Source of the DNA: Marsupella aquatica
Lineage: Eukaryota > Plantae > Marchantiophyta
Length of the DNA stretch: 64,000 nt
Direction of reading: 5' to 3'
Assembly (NCBI GenBank): GCA_973895155.1
Contig: OZ316891.1
Coordinates: forward strand, 13,795,037 to 13,859,036
This document shows, in pieces, positions 33,315-45,900 of the stretch. Made by a program: the position numbers and the translations under genes. Each line of letters begins with the position of its first letter. Within the stretch, counting starts at the first letter, position 1. The notes below the pieces were generated by a model. It made no database searches. It was given only the letters and a program-made list of their open reading frames with translations, and had not been told where the DNA came from.

Positions 33315-35131
33315 GTAAGGCTTGCAGCTTCTACGTCAGTTAGGATGACTACAGCATTTCTGGTTGTAAAGGCTGATTCCTAGGATCTGTCTGGATTAAT
33401 ACGAGGTTCTAGCGTACCAGTAAGCATGCCTCGGATATTTCAGGGCATCCCTACCAGGCAGATTGTTTCTCAATTCCAGAAACATAATTGAATATATGTA
33501 CTTGTATTGTAGTATTGCCCAAGGTAAATGTATTGTTCAAGAAACTAGGCCCATGGCTTGTGCTTCATTGTTTTTAAGAGTTGACTTGCAAGCTCAATCT
33601 CTTCAGGAATCATACGAGTCTTTGAGGATCTTTACTAGCAAATACATCTCGGATATTTTGGGGATTCAATACTCTGCCACTTGCATATCAATGCCAGTGA
33701 GCTATACCTGAATCTATGTTTTGCTGTCTATAATGTATTTGTATCAGCGAGGAACTCTTGGAGGGCTTCACAGCAGCAACGATTAGGGAGATTTGAGCTG
33801 CAGGGATCCATTGCTAGAGGCGCCAATCAATTTTCTCCAGGCAGTGATTTCTACAGTCAATTTTTTCCAAACAGTGATTATATCTACTGTCCTCACTCTC
33901 AGCGATCGATTTCTACGGTCGTCCTTCCAGCATGTTAAAGCTCCAATGTGCATACACGATTGAATCACCTCTAATGTGCATACACGATTGAATAACCTCC
34001 CCCAACTCGGATTTACAGTAGCAAGTTACGGCCCCACAACAACATCGATTTGATCCAGCAGCACCTTCAATTTCAGCAGCAGGAACTTCGATTACACTTA
34101 CAAGTTTCATTCGGCCAGCAAACACTTCAATTTCGGTAGCTTCGAGCAGCACGAGCAAAACGAGCAGTAGCGGCAATGATCGCAGAGCAGAAATTGCAGC
34201 AGCTTCGATCAGCTTCGATCACGGAACTCGCAGCAAAACTGAATACAGCAGCGATTGACTTCAGCAGCAGAACTTTCTTTTGGGTAGCAGTACATCAACG
34301 ACTGTACCAGCACTAAACGACTTCGAGCGTTAACAGCTCTACATCAACGATTGTAGCAGGAGCATGCGGCTTCGAGCAGCAGTATCCTCTTCAACTTTGT
34401 CTGAGCATAGACTTCAGCCCTGACTTTAGCTACAAAGGGCCATAACGAGCTGAATGCCCGAGGTCCCAGTCCTTACTTCGTAGGGCATTTATATTTCTAG
34501 AAGACTACTGTAGAAGGCACATTTCTTTGCTTTGAGGAGGATGCATAGGGAACTCAAAGCCCAATCTTTTTATCAGTTTAATCTTTGCATGGCCTAAACT
34601 CCTACCATTCTAACTTTTCTAGTTTCTTTGCTAGCTATCAGGGGGTCTGAAAAGTCAGGTTTGGCGGTTGACCGCCATCCGCCCTTGTAGGAACATGTTA
34701 GAGTACATGGGTAACACTTATGGACTGCCATTTAGACAGTCCATAACTTTATGTACTCACTAATGTACTTTTCTCCGTGGGGTGAGCTCGGAACTAGTTT
34801 TGAGATGCCCTATTGTATGATGTTACTTAATAGGTAAGTTACCTCCCAGTAAGGGGCGTTGTTGTCTAAAATGTACTCTCAACCTAGGCTAAAGCCCTTG
34901 TTCTTGGGGCAGTATATCCCAGGATGCCTTCTAGCCTTACCCTATTCTTAAACCTTTATCATATAGTCTCAGTATAAAACTAACCCAAGCATTAAGTAAC
35001 ACTAATGCCAGCATACGGAATTAGTGTTAGACCAGCTCAGTGCAATACTAGTTCATCTGCATAGCCCAGAAAATTTGTTGGCAGTGTAGGTTTGTTCTAG
35101 TCATTTTATAAATTCGAATCCCCTGCAGATG

Positions 35132-35199
35132 TGTTGACTTTTGCTATTACATTCTGTTGTAAGCATGTATTTATTTGAATGTAATAGCAAAAGTCAACA
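35132..35199. repeat. Perfect 23-bp inverted repeat with 22-nt loop
   Basis: TGTTGACTTTTGCTATTACATTC (35132-35154) and GAATGTAATAGCAAAAGTCAACA (35177-35199). Confidence 0.9.
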
Positions 35200-37670
35200 A
35201 ATGAACAAGTTTACAGAAGCTTAGGTTTACAGAAGCAGGTTTGTATTTATTAGACATGTGGTAGACTTAAAGAGTAGTGCACCTAATTTGAGCGAGTATT
35301 CAAAAAAAATGGATGGTCTAAAGTTGATATGCCGGTTATTTTAATTTCTGCATAAATCTATTTGTTAGTCTTTTGTGGGCATCTCTTGTTTGAAACATCC
35401 AAATAACACTTACTTCCACAATTCACATAGATTTGCTCTTGTGGGCTGTATTGGTGAAGGTGCTTGAGATGTGAGAAGGCAGATTTCATGCATGAGGACC
35501 CTTGGCCCAAGATGCTACAATAAGTTGTGTATTCAATAAACCTATTCGTGTACCTTCAAGCTTGATTTGGTGAGTCCTTTAAGCGGTCTTTTTTTTCAAA
35601 TCAAGCATAACTTGTCCAGGGTTAAGGAGGTTAAAGATAGGTTTAACGCAAGAGAACATTGTTCTAATCGATGTTTACTTAAATCTAGAATTAGAGTGTC
35701 ATTGTTTTCTCTATTAGTTACTTTGCATGAATGTAACCTTGAGAATCAAATTGAGGTTCTTTTCACTGTCCTTTTCTGTTTTGTTATTTAGTTCAGGTTT
35801 CCACTCATTTCCCTTTCATTTAGTTCTTGTTCACTTCTTATAGAAATCGTTTTTCCCTCCATTCCAACTCAAAAGGTTTAATTTTTCATGCTTTCACTCC
35901 AAACCTATGAAATTGGTGAGCTCTCTAGGTCACAATCAAAATATTTTACAACATACAACATATTCATTTTTTTAAATTTATTTATTTATTTATTTTGGGG
36001 GGGGGGGGGGGGGGAGTTATGCAGATGGCAGTTTGGTATGTATGAAGTATTGCAATAAGGGTGGCGTGGACATCAGAAGTGCACATCAGGGATGGGATAT
36101 TTTGGGATTGTGGAGGTGATAATTATACATGGTGGGGTATGTGTTGTATGTGGAAATGGCAAATATGGATTTGTACATTTGGAGAGTGCTTAGTGAAATA
36201 AAGGCTTCTGCATGATTTGGTGAGGGATGAGTGCCGTATATTGGGTAAGTGGAGGCCATTGAATGATCAGGCTGAGGCAGAAAAAAGGCTTGGGCCAAGC
36301 ACTTTAAACTTTAGGGATATGACAATGGTGTCCAGAGAAAACCCATGGGTGAATTGTTTGAGAGCCAGAGCTTAGGGGTCTCACTATCTGAAGAGTCAGA
36401 TCCCCCCCCCCCCCCCCCTCCCATCATGAGCAATAGTTTCAATGACCAGACATGCTAAACCTTCAGAGCAAAAACTTAACTTGGGAGAATTTGTCTACCC
36501 TGATTAATTCCAGCATGTGTCATCAAATCCTCTGTTTCTTGCAAATCTCAGTATTGAACTTAAAAGACCGTAATGGTCTTTTACAAAAAAATTAAACAAA
36601 AAAATTAAATTCTTCCCCTTAGAAGTAATTAAATGACCCTATGCTTTGTTGTACATGATGTTTTATTTCTGTGGAAGTGAGCCCAGGAGAGCCAGAGGGG
36701 TATCTCAAGCCTGCTGTTTCCAAAAACAAATCGGGCACCTGCTGCAAGAAAGTTTGGCCTGTGACCCTAACTGAAACCCAATTAACTTTTGGGAAAAATT
36801 TACCTAGGAAGTTTTTGGTTTGAGACAGCTAAGAAGACCCGCCTGCAAGCTTAACTCAACATCATCAAGTTTTTGAATTTGGTCATTTTCCTGAAGAGCA
36901 ATGATAGGGGCATTGATGCTTGTTAAAGTCGGGGTTGAAGCGTGCTAACCCGTTCAGACAGACCAATTTTCAGTGTGGAAGCCGGTGCACTGACTGCCCA
37001 AATTAGTGGCGGTTGTTTCTTAAAAACCATTGTTTTTGATCCACAACCAGCCTGCATTCTGGTCACACGACCTCTACAGAACAGCTGGTCTATTGGAGTT
37101 GCAAAGGAAATGGGGAGGACTGCTGTTTGGCTGGTACGCCAAAGCAAGACAAAAGAATGATATTCATCAGACTGAGGGTGACCACTGCCCTAGTCCATAT
37201 TGTGTTATTTAAGGTTTCTTCCCTTACACATTGGACAGTTTGAACTTCCCATTCTGTAATGGGTTTGCAGGTGTCTTGAGAGTAAGAAGGATTTCAATCC
37301 CAAAATTTTCAGGAAAGGTTGTTAACTATTCTCAAAATCACTTTTGGGTATTGTTCTCTCAAACCATCCAATCTATTTCTACAAGGCTGTTAGGGCCCTC
37401 ATTGGGTAACAATGCATCATTTTTTTAGAAATCTGGAGAAACTGGAGAAATCTTTAAGTAAATTTCACAAAGATTTGGTCAAATGGTAAGGCTTTGTTGA
37501 CCATAAAAAACACAATAGCGTACAAGTGTTGGGGCGACTCTTGGTCAAAGGAATGCTTTGTTGAAGTACATACCCAAACAGAGGCAAGTTGAGGCCAAAA
37601 CCTATTTCTCATGGAAGGAAAATGTAATCGTGTGGTTGATAATATATCGTATATGCTAGAGTAAATGTAT

Positions 37671-37883
37671 TTAAACCACACCTGCCACTATAGAAGCCTC
37701 ATTCCATGTCTCACTACTCACCATAAAAGGTGGAACACTAGCACCTTTTGTGAAATACTTGCCAAAAAAAGGTTTTGCAGTCAGCACCTTTTGTGGAGCT
37801 CAAAGTCCATTCTTGAACCTATACTCTTTACAATGAGAACTACTGGTTACCAGTAGCCCTTTATAGTGGCAGGTGTGGTTTAA
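37671..37883. mobile_element. ~210-bp MITE-like element with perfect TIRs bounded by TTAA
   Basis: TTAAACCACACCTGCCACTATA (37671-37692) and TATAGTGGCAGGTGTGGTTTAA (37862-37883). Confidence 0.75.
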
Positions 37884-40820
37884 GTATAAGAGGGTATGAA
37901 GTAATTGACAACACAAATGGAAGGCTGCAGTCAAAAGCAAACACTCCATCTGTTCATATCCAGGACACAACATGATCCTGGATATGAACATTAGAACATC
38001 AAGGTGGTTATGACTATAACAAATGTGTAGCAGTAGAATTGATAGATTGGAATTTTACATGGCTTTTTACAAGATTGTGCATATGACAGAACATATTATA
38101 TTTGGGCACATCCTCATCTCAGTCGTCCACCACAAGGGGTGATCTACAGCTCAAAAACATAGAGGTACATCTAAAAAAAAAAGCATCTAAAACTAGTTAC
38201 TATTTAAAAGAAATTATGAAAGAACTTTGCTATGATGGGAAGTGGGTGGGTGAGCCTGACAAGTCTTTTGTTTACCTAGGAAAGTGAACAGTGGCCTATT
38301 AGAGGGAGTGGCCTGTTAGAGGGAGTCCCCTAGCTTGATTAAAAAAGCTGTAGTTCACGGTTGCAACAGTCAGTCCAAGTTGTTTATGAAAGGTCGTTGT
38401 CCAACCAGGCTCCTAGTTCAAGTTGTCTAAGTGTCTAACATTGCAGATTTGCAGCGTAGGCCAAAGGTGATTGGGCAGAATCGGGCAAGCAAATCCATGT
38501 CGTCCTCCGCTCCACACTACAGTAAAGGAAGCCGAATTGATTGCTGACTCGAGCAATCGGCTGCAACAACAAAAGCATCACCCCACGATTGGAGACAGTT
38601 GAGTTCTGGTAAAGTGGGCTTCTAGAGGTCATTATGTTTAGCATGACAAATTCACAATCATGTCCTTCACGTCTCATTACATCATTATGACTTCACCCTC
38701 GTAGCCCACAGAAACAAAGCACGCCCAGTCCTGCATCCGAGGTCTAGTCAAACCGCGATTGTGTAGCCTGGGCTGATTCTGTTCGTCTCGAAACCAGCAA
38801 GTGGTTGTACAGTATGTGCATAAGTAAGTTGTCATGAGGGCAAATCGGAGTACAGTGTGCACAAGGAAGCTGTCATGAGGACAAATCGGAGTACAGGACG
38901 TCAGGACGGCATATGTAAAGGGGTTTTCTCGAGCTGACGAACCTGAATGACCGTAGCGAAGGTGACCAGAGAGGAACTGAATTCTTTCTGGAAAATTAAT
39001 GAAGACTCATGTCGATCCGGCGGCTACAGTCCTTCTTAGCTAACATTCACTGCTCATATTTAGCCGAGGGCGCTTCTGCCTCCCATTCCGCGGCCACATG
39101 GGCGGATCGCTCTGAAATTATGGAGAATCTGAAATTGTGCGCACCGGTGTCTTCATGAACGTCAGCATCTCGTTGAAGGGATTCCTCTTGACCGCTAAAT
39201 TTTCTTGATTCGAATACAGTACGTTCAGAAGGGGGAGCTCTTTCGATTCAATTCCCGTAATACAACGCTATCGATCGAGCTCAGATCGAAGTAAGAAGAA
39301 AAGAACTTCCGTTCATCGATAAGATCCATCAAGATCAGGTTCATTGAATTGACTGACTTCAGGACCACGGTCGCTTGATCCTCTGAATTATTCGCATCGT
39401 TATGAGCTAGCCAATTCATTGTACAGCATTCTGTACGGAAAATTGACTGAACTGGGATGTCTCCACGGACACAAATTGCAGAAAGAGTTCGATTTTTCGT
39501 GTTTGAGCTTTATTAATCAAACAAAGGGCTGGTCCCGAAAAAGCTTCTTGTACAACAGAAAAAGTCAGATTCAGGATAGGGGTTACGCCATAACGTATCT
39601 GGTGACACGAGTAGTTCCAATAGTGGCCACTCTAGATCCATGAACCAGTTGTGCCTATACCAAACTACCGGTAGTGGAAACTCTACATCTGCGCTAGGAA
39701 AATCAACCAAACAACTAGCCCTACAATCATCGCCCACGACCTGCATGCAAATCACATCAAACAGTGCTCTTGTAAGAAACGAAATGATGGCGGCGGCCAT
39801 TATTTAGTTGGAGAAGGAACAACACTCCGAACTCAGAAGTGCAAAACTGCACCAGCGTTGACGAGTGCGGAGAATGCTGTGTTCAACTATTACTGTAGAA
39901 CGTCTGTAGACGTGTTACTTCGAACACTTATGATGTATTGTATTCTTTGAAGTAGTGAAGGAGATTGAAGAACTGTTGTAGACAAAAAGAAAAACGCGTT
40001 CTGATGGATGACGGTGCTGGAGACTAGGTGTCTACCGCATATACTTGACGATCCGTATGATTGGAGATGGGTTCTAGAACTGCTCACATAATTACAAGAC
40101 TCGATCAGCCAGACCGTGCATACACTACAAATCACACGCGAACAAGGACTAAGGCAACGAGAATAAGAAGTAACAAACTGACACCACTGGATAAGGTGAT
40201 TGTGTAATGGTACTCACAAACGGAACGTACATGCGAATCACATACAACGAAAACGCGACTAAATCGAGGAGACGACCCACGATGTGGATCAGCGATGACA
40301 AAAATCAAACAAAACTTCTTGTCTGGAGACTCCAGACAGTACGATTATGTAAGTGACTGCTCAGAACAAGGCAAATAATTACAGAGGCACTCATGAGATC
40401 GATATGCACGGGGCCGGGTCCCATCTGGTGCCGCGAGCGCTTCCCAAAAAAGGTTACTTTCCTAAACCATGGATCTGAACCTATTGGTGTAAGTATGGTT
40501 CGCGCTTGTCTTGCTGGTCGACGAGCTAGACTGCCGCGGCCGATGAGGACGCAAAATTCCTTCGTTTATGCCATCACAAATTGGCAAGCTGGTGTAGGGC
40601 TCTGAATCAATTGAGTTGACAAAATGCCCTCCTAAACCTGATCAAAACTGGGGTCTCCAGTAAAATTACAAGGTGCGATTTGGAGTATGCCTAAGGTGCC
40701 GTGTTGTATTAATCCGAATGGCTATTAACTCTAGCGGTAAAATTATGTCTATTGATATGGACCTACTCTAAACGATCTGTACAAACCTACACTACCTCTA
40801 TTCTAGAAGTTCGGCCTATC

Positions 40821-42928
40821 TCAAGACGAATGGCCTGCAATGTCAGTCGTTGGTACTTTTTGCCTACCGTCCGAGTCGACATGTGAGCTCGTTGCCGGAA
40901 TGGAGTATAGTTCGTCTAGTTGAGACACGGTGCCTGTGATGTAGGTGTAGGCTCTCGCAATGTACTCCTTCCATGTGAGCGGTCTATATCTCTGGGGGTT
41001 CTCTGGGGTGATCAGCTCAGCTGGGGCGACCAGTTTGGCACCCGTATTGAAGAAAGAGGCCATCGACAGTCGAGTTTTGTAGCTATTCACCACGGCACGA
41101 TGCAGAACGCTTTTGTATCGTCCATTGCTGGCAGCCTGCACAATTCATCATAGGAGCATCGAATCAATTATCAGAACGGTGCTCTCTATCACAAATGGTG
41201 ACACTGAATCAAACACCGTCACGGACGAACGAGATGGCCCGCGCCGGTACATCATTGTGATGCACGATTGACATCTGAGGCTGCTCTGAGCTAGCACATG
41301 CGGAGACAGTCTTAATTCCCTGCCCAGGCTCCGCGCTCTCAAGCCTGTCGAATTAAAGCCTCTATTCATGAAGCCATTCTGTCTGTCCGGCGCTGTCTAA
41401 CACCTTATTAAAGGCTGGGAGACAGGTATTTACGTTCTGGCAGAGCTGTACATGTGACATCTGTTCTGACTCTGTCATTGAACATCATGTATTGATTCGT
41501 CCATATCATCGATATCATCGTAACTAAGGATGTTGTTATTGGCTGTAACTTGTTGAGTTTGACAACCACGGTCTTTTCCAGGTAAGTCAGTTGAAGCATG
41601 GTGACAAATCTAAGCGGCTACGACTGATTTGCCAGCTAATTCGTCATTGAGAGATTGCATTATGGTCGCGATAGGGACACGAACTATGGAAATCATGGTA
41701 CGGATGTCCAGATCGACACTCAATTACTGACGTCAATCAATCAGCATAATGCTTCTCGTCGAGATCTTTTGTTCTAGCTCTTGACTGTTAGGAGTTGATG
41801 AAGTTCAGCTGCTGAAAAGTTCATATATGGGGCCGAGATTCACCTGAAAGACATCGCCGATGTTGATGATGAACGACTCCGGATTCGGTCTCACGTTGTA
41901 CCACTCGTTGCGAGCGTCGTCCCAAATTTGAAGCCCGCCAGTCTCATCCTGGTGAAGAATAGTGAGGAAGTGTGGGTCACGGTGGGCTTTCTGGCCAAGG
42001 GCCTTGGATGGCTCTGGGCAGAGCGGGTAGAAATTCATTCGGAGGCTGGCGAACGATTCCTCGTCGAAATGCTTGTCGAATTTGTCAGCAGGCAACCCGA
42101 GCCCCTCCGTCAGAAGATGGCGAACGCGGGTGGCGAGAGACTCCAACTGATTCACATATTCTCCCACCGTCTTGCTGCAAAAACAGAACAGACACACTCG
42201 GTTGTTACAATGAATTTATTACGCATCTGTCCGGAAGAGAACGAATTTAGTCGGAATCCTGCCTTACTTTTCCAGCGGTGTCACGTGCTACAGAATGATC
42301 TTGTGCGAGTCTCACGAAAACTGTCCGAGGTGGAAGTTCTAGCTTACCTGAAGTTCTGGTAGTCCGATGGCCAAAGCTTGGCGGCGTACTCTTCCACGTT
42401 GTATCTGTTGACGTGAAAACTTTCAGCCCAGTTCATGGCGGGCAGATTCAGCCAGAAATTCGCACCGTACCCGTAAAATGCCCCGGGCTTCCGAAGCGCA
42501 TTCTCCTTGGTCGTCACTGGAAGCTGGAACAAGCGGTGTGCCTCCGCCTCACAGCGTTTGATCAGATCCAGATCCACCCCGTGATTGACAACCTGTAAAA
42601 ACCCCCATGTCTCACAAGCCTTAACGATCGTGGCCAACGTTTTCTCTCTAGTCGATTTATCGCCCGAGGTGAGCAGCGACAGGTCCACCACCGGCAGCTC
42701 GAGCTCCTCGCCCAAACCGCACGGCATGTCGTGCGCCTTGGTAGGTCGGTCCGGCTCCGGCTGCACGTAAATATCTGGCAACTTCGATCCCTGCAAGAGA
42801 ACGGACAAGAGCCCGGCGTTGGTGATTGCCGAATCGGTGCGCTGCGCAATGTTTGCCAGCGACGCTAGCAGGTCTGCCGTAGGGGGCATCGACGGTGCCA
42901 TAGCCTGTGCTGCCATGCTCAGAGGCAT
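40821..42928 (-). CDS. 2-oxoglutarate/Fe(II)-dependent dioxygenase, DOXC class (gibberellin-oxidase-like), ~408 aa
   Basis: Exons 42928-42348, 42174-41844 and 41135-40821 are GT-AG and in phase. DIOX_N motifs LPVVDLS and ACETWGFLQVVNHG, then NFYPLCP, HRD (HxD), GGLQI, NGRYKSVLHRAVVN and RLS (RxS). Confidence 0.93.
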
Positions 42929-45900
42929 CGTAAGTCGCTCCTCGATCCTCCTCCCAACTCAAATCCGGACGAAGAATACGAAGAATAAGAAGAAGCACAG
43001 ACTGTCAAATCCTATGATTGCACCGAATTCTGGACTCTGGCTGACGAGGGAAATTGCTGCGGCGAGCTGCTCGCTGGCGCTTCTGTTTTGTCGCTTGACA
43101 ATAGTGTACGAGGCAGGTGCATGGATTGGCCGACGCTTTGGCAACTATCTTCTGGGATCGATCGATTTCGGAATTAGCTCGAAAAGGCAGGCAGTGGCAG
43201 AAAAGAAAAAGCAGTAGAAGTAATACAGTAGCTCGGAGGGACGAAAACAGAACAAGAGACAACCAGGAGATTTGACTAGGATCGAGATCGAAAAGATGCA
43301 AGTGAGGAGACGGAGGTGAGGATGTGCTTTTATAATCGCCCACCACTCTGACCAGAGCACGGTTTCTCATCAGTCTGGGCCTCTCCTCCGGCCGAATCAC
43401 TTTTCTGTTGTACAGTCGATCGATCGATCCGCTTCTTCAATCCATGGATGTGTAGAGATGGGATCAATGGATGGGTGAGTGAGAGATTGTTCATTGTTGG
43501 GTGGCCATCTCCTTCCCCGACAAATACGTACTAACTCGGCAACTTACTGTAGACTCTGTCAGCTGACTACCTGAGCAGTACCTACGTAAGCAAAGCACCA
43601 ACATAACTCTCAGACTGTCGGATCCTTCTTTTTCATTTTTTTATTTATCCTCCGGAACAGAAAGATTTCCTTCAGGCATGCACTCCGACATTGCTGGCCT
43701 TCTACTGTACTGTTACAAGATGATGCTTGGTTTGCACAGCTGCTGCAATCTCTCGTGGAAATGCTCTTCTTGCCTCGAAAAATCTCACTCGTCCCGTTTC
43801 TCCGCAGTTCCCCTTACTTTTAGTCCGCTATGAAACATTTCAGTTAACTGGTGATGATTGATTTTTTAGCCTAAATAGAGGTGTGTGTGTGCATTCAAGC
43901 CCATTTAAGTTCATCCATTCGGATTCGGGTTCAACTGGTTTCTAGTGGCTATTCACCTAGGAGTGACATTTTCAGACTCATCCTGCCCCCAATCCCATTC
44001 TCTAAGTGTGTCCTCCCCTTTAGTAAGCCCCCCCCCCCCCACACCAAAGTCTCAGTCTAGAGACTTCACTCTAGAGCACCTAGGTCATGTAGAGAAGGTT
44101 CACATCCCCATTATATACTTAGTTAGATTCCTCAGTGACTCAAAATCACACTCATCCTAATTCTCAGCAGATCCCAATTAGTTTGCCATGAAAGTGTCCA
44201 CTTAATTCCATTACAACAGGAAATGGAAACCCTCAAAAATTCTCACTCATCTGTTTCTCAACTATTTCACAGCAGCACCCATAATTGTTGGCCACAAAAT
44301 ATTCCACTTCCTGGCTCAAACCATCCTCATCCCAATTGTCAGCAGTTCCCAATTCTTCTGTAAAGTAGTCCAGTCAATTCCATTGTTAGGAGAAAATGGA
44401 AACCCCATGGACATGAGATTTGAGTATAATTGCGCCCACTAGCTAGCCGGAATAGCTGTGTGTATGCACAGGGAGGGCTCCTTGTACCCAGACTCTCATG
44501 CCTCACAAGCATAGTCTAAATATCAAAACTTTATACTACCAGAGAAATTACCTATGGTTCCACTCTATGGGGTAGGTCTGCATGTCATGAGAGGTAGACT
44601 TACACAGTGAATTATAGTATAAATGGATGGACTTTGGGAGTCGGGATGGACCCTTGTAAGCTTACATTCTATTATAGAAATTTTCTGATTAGTCCATCCG
44701 AGTTGCATTGTTTGCATCTACCGTCAGTGGGAGCATAACTTTCACTCTGAAGAGAAGTAGCAGCCATGAAATATCCATTCAATTCCATTGAGAGAAATAA
44801 CATAATTATAGCTTGGGCAGCCCACAAAAGGGGGGAAACCCCAGAGAACTTAAGGTTTCTGTGTGAAAATGGAAAAGCAGCACTAACCTACAAACCCATA
44901 GAGCTAAATCAACGGAGCCAGAAATTTAGCAAAATGGTGGCAGCAGGTCCCACAAGGATGTGTTAGTGAACTATCTCTGAACAGTTTCACTAATACAGGT
45001 CATTGTCCGTATGGCTCAAGGGATGTTAATCCACTCCAGAGTATAATTGTGTTCACTCCAAATCACTATAATCAGCTCACTTTGATGAGGTGTTGGAGTC
45101 TGGAGGCCTATTAACCTGTTGCATCAATGGTTGTGGGGTGTCTCTAATAAGACCTTGGAGTGGATCAATTTAACATTGCCCTAATCAAGTGGGATCGAAA
45201 TGTTATTTTTCCACTCGTGCATTCTTTGTCTTTCTTTAAAATCATCACGATGCTACTCATAGACTTTGTTGTGAGCGCTACGTGCTTGATTAGCCTTACA
45301 TGGGAAATACAAGGCTATGCTCTCATGACAAATGTCACAACTGTATGTCCAGTGTGTCTGTGTGATTGAATTTTTAGATCTTCCATTTGTCTTCTTATCA
45401 ATTGTTCCTAGGTTTCTTGCTTAGAATAAAGTGGTGTGCTCTGTCCTTTTTCCAAAAAGACAATGAAAACTTGTGTTTCTTCGTTGGTTATCATTGTCAC
45501 TAGCCTGAAAAAGTGTTGTAATGCCTATACCCAGACTCCCTATGCCCGTCCTTCTTCACAAGCATGTTAAAATATCAAAAAATTATGTTGCAAGAAATGA
45601 CAGGCTACTGCTTCACTTTACCAAGTAGGTAAAGTATGGATGACTTTGATTGTCAATATTGCGTAGACTAACCCAATGGCCTGTGCATTGCACAAAAACA
45701 TTGAGGTGAGGCAAATAAGTGCAGACGAGGCACATAAATGTCATTGTTTGGTTGTGTGGTCCCACAGTCATGGTGTGGTTGCAGATTTTTCATCAGTTTG
45801 GTTGTGAGACAAAAATGTTATCAGTTTGGTCAATATTGTTGTTGCAAAAAAGTGATGTTGTTGGGGCACAAGAGAGCAGGGGGAGCATGGGACAGACAAC

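Noticed and set aside
33400-35000. CAGCAG-rich LTR-like or coding segment
   Set aside because: No defined termini and no long ORF. Probably repeat-derived or 3'UTR, but unsupported.
39225-39800. Small minus-strand gene (MAAAIISF..., MNWLAHND...)
   Set aside because: No motif and no consistent exon chain could be built. It may be UTR or non-coding transcript sequence.
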